Origin: Nannocystales bacterium
GTDB taxonomy: Bacteria; Myxococcota_A; Polyangia; Nannocystales; Nannocystaceae
Assembly (NCBI GenBank): GCA_050633305.1
Contig: JBOEGF010000004.1
Coordinates: forward strand, 256,001-320,000
Length of the DNA: 64,000 nt
Reading direction: 5' to 3'
The notes under the pieces were generated by a model. That model did not search any database and was not told where the DNA came from. It worked only from the letters and a program-made list of their open reading frames with translations. Both the position numbers and the translations under genes were made by a program. Below, one piece after another: positions 20,676-29,751 of this stretch (the stretch's first letter is position 1; each line of letters begins with the position of its first letter).

Positions 20676-23039
20676 TTGTCCGACCCGTCCCAGTCCGAAA
20701 ACCCGTATTCGGCCGCCCCCAAGGGGCCTACGAAGGCGGACAAGCCTCGCTCCAGCCGCCACGTGCGGTCCGCCGCAAAGATCCTCGCGAAAGAAGCGAA
20801 GGTCATCTTGGCGAAGCACGCCTCACGCATCGCGGAGGCGCCCGCGGGTGCCATGCGAGAGAGTCTGGCGGAGCTCAACCGGCTGCGCGAAGAGAACGAC
20901 ACCGCCAACGCGACTTGGCTGGGCAACCTCGAGGCCGAAGCCGAGCGACTCGACGACCTGCTGCACCAACACGCCGCGTTCGCGCGCAAGAGCGCGCTGC
21001 GAGAGACGCTGGAGAACATCGGTATCGCCGTCCTCGTGGCGCTGGGCTTGCGTTCGTGCGTGTACGAGCCGTTCAAGATCCCGAGCGAGTCCATGCTGCC
21101 GACCCTCCGGATCGGCGACCACATCTTCGTCAAGAAGTTCAGCTACGGCGTTCAGATCCCGTTCACCAGCACGGTCGTCGCGTCCTTCCTCGGGGACATC
21201 GAGCGCGGAGACGTCATCGTCTTCCGCTACCCGCTCGACCCCAAGGACGACTACATCAAGCGCGTGATCGGCATCCCCGGGGACCAGGTCCGGGTCATGG
21301 GGCGGGTCGTGTCGCTCAAGCGAGCGTCCGACGACGACTTTGAGGTCTTGCAGCGCACGCCACTCGAGCAAAAGTGCGTCAATGATGCGAACGGCAGGAC
21401 CCGTGCCGGGTGCCAGCTGTTCGAGGAGACGATCGACGACAAAACCTACGTCGTCCGCTACCTGACCTCGATGTCGGAGCGAAACGACTTCTTGCCCCGC
21501 GCGAAGACGTTCACTGTCCCCGAAGGGCATGTTCTCGTCATGGGGGACAATCGTAATGAGTCGGCGGACAGCACCCAGTGGACCGTCGAAGTCGAGGCCG
21601 TCGATGCGGCCGCAGTCATCTCCGACAAAGACCTTCGCGACCTGACCGACGAAAAACTCTTCACGCAAACACGGCCCAAGACGGACGAGATGGCGGACCC
21701 GAGCCACGACCACGTCGTGTGGTTGGCAACGCACCGAAGTCGGGCCCACGACATCTCTCTGTCGGCGTGGCGTTCTCCTCAGCTGGGCGCAGAACCGACG
21801 TGGGCCGCGCTCGCTGCCCGGGTCGATGGCGCCGAGGAGACCACTGTTGCGGCGCTCGTCGACGGAAAACCCGTCCCCAAGGGCGACGTCCTGACGACCA
21901 CCCTGACCGTGGGGGCCTCGATCGACCGTCTCGTCGTAGGGCGGAACGAAGACGGCTGGAGCGCCGTGGCGTTTCTCGAAGAGGACGACGCCGTCCTGCA
22001 CCTCGAGTGTGGTCGCAAGGTCTGCAAGAACAGCGGGCGGCTTGCTGCGAGGCTGGCCAACGCAGTCGCTGCGTTCCGAGCCAACCCCGAAAAGGCCACG
22101 CGCGAGCTGCTGTCGGAGCCCCGCGGCGTGGAGTACGGCACGCGCTGGACCGGCCGCAGCGATGTCCGCGACCACTACTACGAGCGGCAGTTCCAGCGTG
22201 CCGACACCGAGGGACCCCGAGGCCAGGTCCGGCTGCGGGTGTTTCGCAAGCCCAAGCAGAGCCTCGATGTCCTCCAGGATGCCGCGCTACGTGCTGTCGG
22301 GACCTCCGCGGCCGAGGCTCCACTCGCGCCCGAGCTTGGGGAGCGCGCCTGGGTCGTCTCGGGCGAGGACACCTTCACCTTGGTCACGACGGACGACGTG
22401 CGCGACATGGTCGTGGTCCTCGACTGCGGTCGGGGGATGTGCAGCACGGCACAAGCCGCCCGGGCTCTAGGGGCCGTGGTGCTCGACCGAGTCCCCAAGG
22501 CATCCAGCGATCGTCGCCAGCTCCGCAAGATGCTGCGGGAAGAGGACCTGTCCGCGATGGGGAACGCCGAGGTCAAGGACCTCAAGGTCCTGCAGCCGCC
22601 CCGCAACCCCTTCGACCGGACCCGGCTCGAAGCGACCGTCCAGGGCAAGGACCACGGCCTCGAACTCGAGGTCTGGCATGAGCCCGAAGAAGGCCTGGCC
22701 GCGAAGGTCGCCGCCATCGCTGGCCCCCTCGACCTCTCTAGTTCCGACGCTGTCGGGCAACACGGCCAAGCGGGCGAGGACGACGAGGCGTTCCATCACG
22801 TGTTCGGCATCGCCGGGTCCGACTCAGTCGTCCGCATTCGCTGCCGCAAGGGGCTGTGCGAAGAGGCCGACGTCGCGCTCGCCATCGCCCGACGGGCGGC
22901 CGACGAGGCTCAGGATCCGGACAACTTCATCGACCCCGATGCACGGCGCCCTCAGCCGTTCGTGCCCATGGGCAACGTGAAGGGACGCGCCGACGTGATC
23001 TGGTTCCCGCTCGACCGCTTCTGGCTCAAGGTCCGCTGA
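20676..23039 (+). CDS. lepB: Signal peptidase I with a large C-proximal insertion (787 aa)
   Basis: Directly follows lepA. TM helix, then IPSESMLPTL (catalytic Ser), RGDVIVF, DYIKRVIG (catalytic Lys), GDNRNESADS and the terminal FVPMGNVKGRA. Confidence 0.93.
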   Translation: MSDPSQSENPYSAAPKGPTKADKPRSSRHVRSAAKILAKEAKVILAKHASRIAEAPAGAMRESLAELNRLREENDTANATWLGNLEAEAERLDDLLHQHAAFARKSALRETLENIGIAVLVALGLRSCVYEPFKIPSESMLPTLRIGDHIFVKKFSYGVQIPFTSTVVASFLGDIERGDVIVFRYPLDPKDDYIKRVIGIPGDQVRVMGRVVSLKRASDDDFEVLQRTPLEQKCVNDANGRTRAGCQLFEETIDDKTYVVRYLTSMSERNDFLPRAKTFTVPEGHVLVMGDNRNESADSTQWTVEVEAVDAAAVISDKDLRDLTDEKLFTQTRPKTDEMADPSHDHVVWLATHRSRAHDISLSAWRSPQLGAEPTWAALAARVDGAEETTVAALVDGKPVPKGDVLTTTLTVGASIDRLVVGRNEDGWSAVAFLEEDDAVLHLECGRKVCKNSGRLAARLANAVAAFRANPEKATRELLSEPRGVEYGTRWTGRSDVRDHYYERQFQRADTEGPRGQVRLRVFRKPKQSLDVLQDAALRAVGTSAAEAPLAPELGERAWVVSGEDTFTLVTTDDVRDMVVVLDCGRGMCSTAQAARALGAVVLDRVPKASSDRRQLRKMLREEDLSAMGNAEVKDLKVLQPPRNPFDRTRLEATVQGKDHGLELEVWHEPEEGLAAKVAAIAGPLDLSSSDAVGQHGQAGEDDEAFHHVFGIAGSDSVVRIRCRKGLCEEADVALAIARRAADEAQDPDNFIDPDARRPQPFVPMGNVKGRADVIWFPLDRFWLKVR

Positions 23040-23113
23040 GCCGAGGGGATGCGGCGGTCCGGGTAGGAGGGAACGAGCGGGAGGGTTCCGATGAGGAGCA
23101 AGCCGTTCCCGGC

Positions 23114-25123
23114 CTAACGGAGGATGTTCCTGATTCGGAACCGCTTCTTCGACTTGCGTTTCGACGCTTTGGCTGGGGCGGCGTAGCCACGAGGCACGAA
23201 CTCGGGGTCGCCCGGGGCGTCCGAGAGTGCGTCGAGCACAGCGTCTCGGCGATCGTTGAGATCGGTGCACTCCGCCTCGGTCTCATCCGCCCCCGGTGCG
23301 GGGACCTCGGCTGCCCGCAGTGTCTTACGGTAGGAGGCGGAGGGGGCTGCCTCCATCGAATCCAAGGTGGCGCCGTACAGCCTGCACGGACGATCGGTCG
23401 TTCCGGCCTGCCACAAGTCGAGGCATCGATGTTCGATCGGGTCCCAGGTCTCCGCCGTCGCGCCCGTGTCCCGCAGCGCAGCCAGGAGCCGCTCTCGTTG
23501 CTCGTACGGAAGGGCGGTCCTTCGACTCCCCAGCAGCGCGCGTGTCCAGTCCTCGAGCATCGGGTCGCCGTGTGTCAGGACCAATCCCAGGAGCGTGTCC
23601 GGAACCACGGAGCGCTCCAGTTCTCCGACGATGAAGGCCTGAACCTCCGCGTCGTGGATCCGTTTGGGATCGAGCTCCAGGGTGCGCAAGAGCAACTCGG
23701 CGCGGGGTTGCGAGTATCGTCCTCGTTTCCCCTCCGCCAGCGCGGCGCGCCAGACGACGGCGGGATCGTCAGGAAAGGCCCCGAGAAGAGGGGCAAGCAG
23801 GCTTCGAGCCTGGGTCCGAGCCCCGGCGGCAAGCTTGGCGTCGACGGCAGCGAGGGCAGAGGCCTCCGCCCGGCTCGCCGGGAGGCCCACGGCGACGTCC
23901 TCCGAGGCGGCTGCGGACGGGCTCGTGCTCCACATGGAGCGCGCGGCGAGCAAGCCCACAAGCGCTGTCGCTCCCACCGCGATTCCGACGATAGGTCGGC
24001 GCTGAAGGCCGAACGGGAGGCTGCTGCGTGCGGGCGGTGATGACGGTTCGTCATCGGGAGGCTCGATACGGGCACGTGTCTCTTTCGCCGGGACGACGAG
24101 TGCGGCCGCGGTGGGAGCCGCCGGCTCGACGCTCGTGGCCTCAGGGGACACCGCGGCGACCGTCGGGCTGTCCGCCCCCTCCGAATCCGCCGCGCGGGGC
24201 ATCGTCGGGGTACGCAAGCCTCCGTGTCGGCGCAACTCTGCGCGGGCCTGCTGCACCGCGAGAAGGGCGGCGGCAGCGTCCTCATAACGATCGTCGGGAC
24301 TCTTTGCGAGCAGCCTGCGAAGCACCTTTGAGACCGGAGGCGCGACAGGAAGCTCAGGCGGCGGCTCACGGACGTGCTGGCGAAGCACCTCCATCACATT
24401 TTTTGCCGCAAATGGGACCGCGCCGCTGAGCATCTCGAACAGGATGATGCCGGCGCTGTAGAGGTCGGTCCGCCCATCGACCGGGTGCCCGGTGGCTTGT
24501 TCGGGGCTCATGTACGCTGGCGTCCCGAAGATCATGCCCATCTGCGTGAGCGGAGCATCGCCGCTGGCTTGGACCATTTTCGCGATTCCGAAGTCGACCA
24601 GCTTGAGTATTCTGCCGCCCTCCGGGACGTCGCAGGCAAAGACGTTTTCGGGTTTCAGGTCGCGGTGCACCACGCCGCGCGCGTGAGCATGGGCGATGGC
24701 CGCGAGCATCTCTTCGAGCCACCCCATTGCGACCGGAGCAGGTGCGGGCCCGTCCTTCCGAAGCAGGTCCGACAGCTCGGCACCGCGCAGCCGTTCCATG
24801 ACCAGGAACGCAACTGGGGTGTCCAAGCGCGGGACCTCAGCCGTCCCCACGTCGTACATTTTGACGATGCCCACGTGTTCGAGCCGGGAAACAGCGCGAG
24901 CTTCTTGCTCAAACCGGGCGCGGACCTGAGCGTCGGAGACGAACGCCGGCTTGAGAACTTTGATCGCGATGGCGCGGTCGAGGCCCAGGTGGTGCCCGTG
25001 AAACACCAGCGCCATCCCGCCTTCGCCCAACACTCCATCGATCCGGTAGCGCTCAGCAAGCACCACACCGAGCATGGCGTCCTCGAGCGAGGCGGGCGGG
25101 GTAGGGGGCGGCACGTCAGTCAT
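23114..25123 (-). CDS. Membrane Ser/Thr protein kinase (Hanks type)
   Basis: GEGGMALV, AIKVL, HRDLKPEN, DFG, GTPAYMSPEQ and DLYSAG, followed by a TM helix and a helical extracytoplasmic region. Confidence 0.95.
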   Translation of the reverse strand: MTDVPPPTPPASLEDAMLGVVLAERYRIDGVLGEGGMALVFHGHHLGLDRAIAIKVLKPAFVSDAQVRARFEQEARAVSRLEHVGIVKMYDVGTAEVPRLDTPVAFLVMERLRGAELSDLLRKDGPAPAPVAMGWLEEMLAAIAHAHARGVVHRDLKPENVFACDVPEGGRILKLVDFGIAKMVQASGDAPLTQMGMIFGTPAYMSPEQATGHPVDGRTDLYSAGIILFEMLSGAVPFAAKNVMEVLRQHVREPPPELPVAPPVSKVLRRLLAKSPDDRYEDAAAALLAVQQARAELRRHGGLRTPTMPRAADSEGADSPTVAAVSPEATSVEPAAPTAAALVVPAKETRARIEPPDDEPSSPPARSSLPFGLQRRPIVGIAVGATALVGLLAARSMWSTSPSAAASEDVAVGLPASRAEASALAAVDAKLAAGARTQARSLLAPLLGAFPDDPAVVWRAALAEGKRGRYSQPRAELLLRTLELDPKRIHDAEVQAFIVGELERSVVPDTLLGLVLTHGDPMLEDWTRALLGSRRTALPYEQRERLLAALRDTGATAETWDPIEHRCLDLWQAGTTDRPCRLYGATLDSMEAAPSASYRKTLRAAEVPAPGADETEAECTDLNDRRDAVLDALSDAPGDPEFVPRGYAAPAKASKRKSKKRFRIRNILR

Positions 25124-25147
25124 CGCAGGGGCGAGGGACAGATTTTA

Positions 25148-25939
25148 TCAGAGCCCGACGCGCACACCGCGGTCCTTGCAAAACGTCCGCAGCGTCTTGC
25201 GATGCTCGTCCCCGAGCTTGAACGACCGCACGATCTCCCGCGCGTTCTTCTCGTCACGTAGCCGGCACGCCGAGCGCCCGCGGAGCATCTGGGCCTTGTC
25301 CTTGGGCTTCGCGCGTTGGCTGCGTGTCGCCAAGCGATACGCGTCTTTGTAGCGCCTGTCGTCATACGCCTCGGTCGCTGCGGTGAGCAGCTCGTCTGCA
25401 TCCATCTTTGCCTCAGCGTCACGGTCGGATTGGGTACGACCACTCGGGGGCGGCGTGGAGTCTGAGGGGGCCGAGTCGGCCGCGACCTCAGACTTCTCCG
25501 AGGCTTCGGGGTCGGCGCCCGCGATGTGCGAGGTCCCGACATCGGGGTCCATCAAGACAACGTCCTGCGACTCTTCCTGCTCGGCTTCTTCTTCCGCCGG
25601 CGGTGTTTCGTCCTCCGCGCCACCAGGGGGAGGGACAGGGGCTCCTTCGAGAGCGGGCTCGTGGGCTCTCTGCGAGGAGTCTTGCGCGGCGTCTTCGGCC
25701 GCCGCCTGATCCTCGTCGGTGGCTGTAGCCTGAGATCGCGAGACCGGACCGTCCGCGTTGGGTTCAGCGGCTGCGACCACCGTCGCTGGCGCGACATCCG
25801 TCGTCGAGCCGGTCTCCACGCTGAGCGCAGAAAGAACCGCGAGCAGGAGTCCCGCCGCCGCGCCCAGCCCCCCCACGGCTGGCGCCGACAGGGTGTTCAC
25901 GCGATCAAGAAAGGACGTTGCCGCCGGCTCGTCGCTCAT
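25148..25939 (-). CDS. Hypothetical membrane-anchored protein with an acidic linker and a TPR-like C-terminal helical domain
   Basis: N-terminal hydrophobic helix, disordered E/P/A/S-rich linker, C-terminal helical domain with two Cys. Start at 25939 or 25951. Confidence 0.7.
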   Translation of the reverse strand: MSDEPAATSFLDRVNTLSAPAVGGLGAAAGLLLAVLSALSVETGSTTDVAPATVVAAAEPNADGPVSRSQATATDEDQAAAEDAAQDSSQRAHEPALEGAPVPPPGGAEDETPPAEEEAEQEESQDVVLMDPDVGTSHIAGADPEASEKSEVAADSAPSDSTPPPSGRTQSDRDAEAKMDADELLTAATEAYDDRRYKDAYRLATRSQRAKPKDKAQMLRGRSACRLRDEKNAREIVRSFKLGDEHRKTLRTFCKDRGVRVGL

Positions 25940-26069
25940 GGACGGAAGCATACCTGCGTGCTTGCGCCCCTGCTCAGCGCCGCAAAAACACCCTCTCAGA
26001 CGCTCGCCGCGGCCCCACTTGCAGAGGCCTCCCGGCGACGGGGAAGGCGTCGATCGAGGCGCGTGAACT

Positions 26070-26096
26070 GGCGGCCCCCACAGAGTATGGGCCGCC
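26070..26096 (-). terminator. Possible stem-loop downstream of the 1204-aa gene
   Basis: ggcggccc (26070-26077) pairs with gggccgcc (26089-26096), about 22 nt past the stop. No U-tract. Confidence 0.3.
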
Positions 26097-26118
26097 GCTC
26101 ACTCTGCGTTGCGCGATG

Positions 26119-29100
26119 TCAGCAGCAGTCGTGGTCGACGGCGGCCAGCGGTGACGTGCGAAGGATCCGGACGTTGCCCAGCTGGGCGCCCAGCGGGTCG
26201 GTGAACGTGCCGTTGGGCTCGGGTAGGAGCTCCACTGCCAGGGCGCTCAGCGGGCTCTTTCTAGGCAACCCGGCCGAGTCGAGCGCACTGTCGACCTCCG
26301 GGCGGGTCCACGCAGTGCCCGCCATCGGTAGGCGAGACACAGAAATGCCGTCGCTACGGGGGATCCTGGAGGCGCGTCGTAGACCTATCTGGATGTTGCG
26401 ACGTGTCGATCCGTCGGCCTGCATGACCCGGGCGTACAAGACGAACCACATCTCGGTGTTGGACGGATCGGCCGCCGCCTGGCGCAGACCGACGTAGGGC
26501 GTGGCGAACGGAGCGAGCAGTGCCACGGTTCCGTGGGGCCGCGTGAGGGTGGTGCAGCGCAGCTCCGGCGCGGGGTGTTGCACGCCTTCGAGCAGGAGGG
26601 GTTGTCCGAAGCGGCCCTGGGCGGTCGTCCACAGCGGATTGTCCAGGGGGCCGCGGTCGTGGCCCACGCGGAACTCGTAGGTGAAGAACGCGAACAGCTC
26701 GGGTGAGGAGGGATCCGTGTTCGGCGGCAAGGGCAACAAGAACCGCCGGTCCGAGTCGGCCGCGGGCTCGAGCTTCTGCATGGACGCCAGTCCTGCGAGG
26801 TCCTGCACCTGCCCGGGCGTGATGACGCGGACCAGCTCCGGATCGATCGGGATGCTCTCGACCACGTCGGGGTCCGCGAGCGGCTCCGCGTTGGGCAGGA
26901 GCATCGGGTCGGGCGAGCGGGCCAGGGCTCGCGCGAAGCAAGCATCGCGCGGGTCGGCGAGGGGCTCGTCGAACTCGATCCATAGGCGTTTCGTCCGGGG
27001 CGCGGTCTCGTCGTACTCGGAGTCACGCTCATAGGGCGTGAGCGCGATGCCTGCCGCGACGACCTTGGGCACCTGTCGAGGCGGGGTGACGATAGGCAGG
27101 ACGCTTTCGACCGTCTGGGTGACCTCGCCGCCGTCCTCGATCGCCAGCTTGAAGGTGTAGGCGATTTCGACCTCGTGCGGGCGCCGGGTCACATCGAGTG
27201 GGGGCGGCAGTGCGTCGATGAAGACCAGCCGCATGTACGTGCGGTCGGGGTCCTGTCGGGCTTGCACGTTGACCGTGGGCATCAGCTCGATACAACCGAC
27301 TTCGGTGACCTCCGCAGGGAGCGACGGCTGCATCGGGTTGGAGACCGAGCGAATCACCTTCACCGCGGGGGTTCCCGCCCCACGCCACGTCCAGTCACGC
27401 GCGATGACCGCTTGTGCGACGTTGAGCCACTGTTCGGCGAGTTCGCTCGGCTCGGCCATTTCGAGGCTGGTGAGGTCGGGTGCCGCGTGATGCGTGAGCC
27501 CCGAGCAGCCGAAGGCCACCCGCTGTCCGGGTTGGCCCACCAGCAAATCGCCGTCGGCCACGAGTTCCGCAGCCTCGGCCAAGCGCCCCAGCAGCACCGG
27601 GGAAGGGTCGTTTTGGGCGACGACGGGGCGCACGTCTGCACTGCCACCGGTGGGGTCGGGCCGCAGGAATACCGAGCGCAGCATATCCGAGGGCGGCAGG
27701 GTGGCCAGAACGTCCAGCTCGGCACTGAGGCTCGCCCGGGCGTGCATGTCGATGCTGTCGGACTCGCCGAAGCGGGCTTGCTCGTCGCCGAAGTACGTCA
27801 GGTCGTCACGCCCGGCGGCGAAGACCTCGATACGGACGTCTCGTGCGGTGGGGACGAGCACGGGCCCGGTGATGGTGCCGTCGGCTCCGAGCTGCGCGCT
27901 CATGTCGTGGGCAGCCAGGTCGGGGATGTCTTGCCAGGTCAACTCGACCTCCAGCGTCTGGTCCGGATCCGGCGGAAACGCGCGACCCGTCTCGTACCAC
28001 CGGACGTAGCCATCCTCGTCCGCAGCTGGATCGTAGGTCGGTGCTTTCACGCTGACGCGGATTCGTGCGAACGCCACGTCGACGTCCCGAATCCCGGCCG
28101 GGGTCGCATTCGCTGGATCGGCATCGTTGCTGGCGATCTGGGCCAGCAACGTCGGACGGACGGAGGGCCCCGCGGCGAAGACTGCCTCGGGGTACCCCAG
28201 GAGCGGACGGTCGAGGCGAATTCGGTCGGTCCGGCCGTCCACCCCAACCGCAAAGGGTCGAATCGGCAGGCGTCCGGGGCGACGCCTGCGCTTGAAGTGC
28301 AGGTTCCCGATCGGTGACTCTCCGGGACGCGACGGCACGTCGTCGACCTCGGGACCCCCGCCGGTGGTGTCCGCCAAGCGCACGCGGAACTCGTAGCGTT
28401 GCCCGTAGCGAAGCGGAACGTCGTCGGCGCCCGTAGGCACCTCGGGGACGGCGGGCCCCGGCGGCACCTCCATGAGGCGCTGTTCGTCGTTGGTGTCGAT
28501 GACAAGCGACGAGCCGCGCCACTTGGCGAACCACGCGGGAAGCCACAGCTGGTCGGCGTTGGCGGTGGGGACGACCTCGGTCCAGCGCTCCTCTTCCGCG
28601 ACGCCCAGGTCGACGCCGACGGCGAGGGGGGCGTTCACCCGCGAGAGCGAATGCCACTTGCTATCGCCGTCCTTGCGGACGTCGACCCGATACCCCAGCA
28701 CGCCGCGCGGAGCGATCACGGCGTCTTCCCCTGCGGGAGGCGCCCCCAGCGACCGGTTCTGGCCCTCCAGGATGTCCTCGTCGTCCCATGCCAGCTGCAC
28801 GCCTTCGTCGCGCGGCACCGGTGGCCCGTTGCCGTCTTCGTCGAGCACGTCGGCGCTCAGCGGCTGGCGGGCGTGCACCACCTTCGAGAAGCCGTCGTCG
28901 AACCTCAGGGCTTCGACGAACACCTTGTCGAAGTTCCCCGCGGCTGCGGCTGCGGCTGCGGTCCCAAACACCGGAAAGACCACCGGGGTGAACAGCGCGC
29001 GGTTCTGCGTGGGGTCGAGCGGGGGCACGCGAGTCGCGAACGAACGCGTGTAGCCGGGGGTGGAGGTGGCTGCGCCCGCGAAGCTGCTGGAGGGGGCAAG

Positions 29101-29733
29101 GTCGAACCACAGCCATCCGCCGTTCTCGAGGCGAGGTGCGGCGTCGACCGTCAGCTCGATCTCGTGTACGAGGGCCAACGCCTCGGCCAGACGCGGACGT
29201 CGCAGCGCGAACGCAAGCGCCTCCCCCCACCCGATGACGTTGGGGGCGACCGGCGGAGTCGCCTCGGGCGGGCAGCGCATCGCGCAGTGGTAGGTGTCAT
29301 CGATGACCGCGAGTTCGGTGCGAGGCTTCACGAACGCGAACGAGCGCCGGTAGCTGCGGGGCAGGTACTTGCGAATCTGTACCGTGAGGTCCCGTGACTG
29401 CGGGGAGAAGGTGTCGGCTGCTGGGGCGTCTGGGATCGACAGCGCTGTCTTGATCGCACCGAAGATGGTGCGAGCGTCGGGGGCCGCCACCGTGGAACCC
29501 GAGGGCCACGTTTGCGCCTGGTGCACGTTGACACGCTGCGGCAGCGCCTCGACGGCGTCGGAGATCGACGCTTCGAAGGCGAGCTTTGCGTCCGAGAACG
29601 CGGGCTCTCCGGGCGACAAGGCTTCGAGCGGGTTGCCCGTGGGGGCCAGGAGAAGGCGGACCTTCAGCGTGCGGGACACGTGATCCCAGGACTGCAGGTA
29701 GGGAACGAGGGTGATCTTGTGAGGCGTTGCCAT
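26119..29733 (-). CDS. Large hypothetical protein (1204 aa), Pro/beta-rich, no signal peptide
   Basis: Long ORF with protein-like composition and a GAGGA RBS. Fn3/Ig-like strands (GYRVDVR, LRYGQRYEFRVRLAD, FTYEFRVGH). Starts 18 bp after the previous gene. Confidence 0.85.
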   Translation of the reverse strand: MATPHKITLVPYLQSWDHVSRTLKVRLLLAPTGNPLEALSPGEPAFSDAKLAFEASISDAVEALPQRVNVHQAQTWPSGSTVAAPDARTIFGAIKTALSIPDAPAADTFSPQSRDLTVQIRKYLPRSYRRSFAFVKPRTELAVIDDTYHCAMRCPPEATPPVAPNVIGWGEALAFALRRPRLAEALALVHEIELTVDAAPRLENGGWLWFDLAPSSSFAGAATSTPGYTRSFATRVPPLDPTQNRALFTPVVFPVFGTAAAAAAAGNFDKVFVEALRFDDGFSKVVHARQPLSADVLDEDGNGPPVPRDEGVQLAWDDEDILEGQNRSLGAPPAGEDAVIAPRGVLGYRVDVRKDGDSKWHSLSRVNAPLAVGVDLGVAEEERWTEVVPTANADQLWLPAWFAKWRGSSLVIDTNDEQRLMEVPPGPAVPEVPTGADDVPLRYGQRYEFRVRLADTTGGGPEVDDVPSRPGESPIGNLHFKRRRRPGRLPIRPFAVGVDGRTDRIRLDRPLLGYPEAVFAAGPSVRPTLLAQIASNDADPANATPAGIRDVDVAFARIRVSVKAPTYDPAADEDGYVRWYETGRAFPPDPDQTLEVELTWQDIPDLAAHDMSAQLGADGTITGPVLVPTARDVRIEVFAAGRDDLTYFGDEQARFGESDSIDMHARASLSAELDVLATLPPSDMLRSVFLRPDPTGGSADVRPVVAQNDPSPVLLGRLAEAAELVADGDLLVGQPGQRVAFGCSGLTHHAAPDLTSLEMAEPSELAEQWLNVAQAVIARDWTWRGAGTPAVKVIRSVSNPMQPSLPAEVTEVGCIELMPTVNVQARQDPDRTYMRLVFIDALPPPLDVTRRPHEVEIAYTFKLAIEDGGEVTQTVESVLPIVTPPRQVPKVVAAGIALTPYERDSEYDETAPRTKRLWIEFDEPLADPRDACFARALARSPDPMLLPNAEPLADPDVVESIPIDPELVRVITPGQVQDLAGLASMQKLEPAADSDRRFLLPLPPNTDPSSPELFAFFTYEFRVGHDRGPLDNPLWTTAQGRFGQPLLLEGVQHPAPELRCTTLTRPHGTVALLAPFATPYVGLRQAAADPSNTEMWFVLYARVMQADGSTRRNIQIGLRRASRIPRSDGISVSRLPMAGTAWTRPEVDSALDSAGLPRKSPLSALAVELLPEPNGTFTDPLGAQLGNVRILRTSPLAAVDHDCC

Positions 29734-29751
29734 TGTTCTTCCTCGCGAAAG

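Noticed and set aside
21582..22955. LepB insertion as an intein or mobile intron
   Set aside because: No N-terminal Cys/Ser splice block, no terminal His-Asn and no LAGLIDADG/HNH motifs. The frame is continuous and the insert consists of internal repeats.
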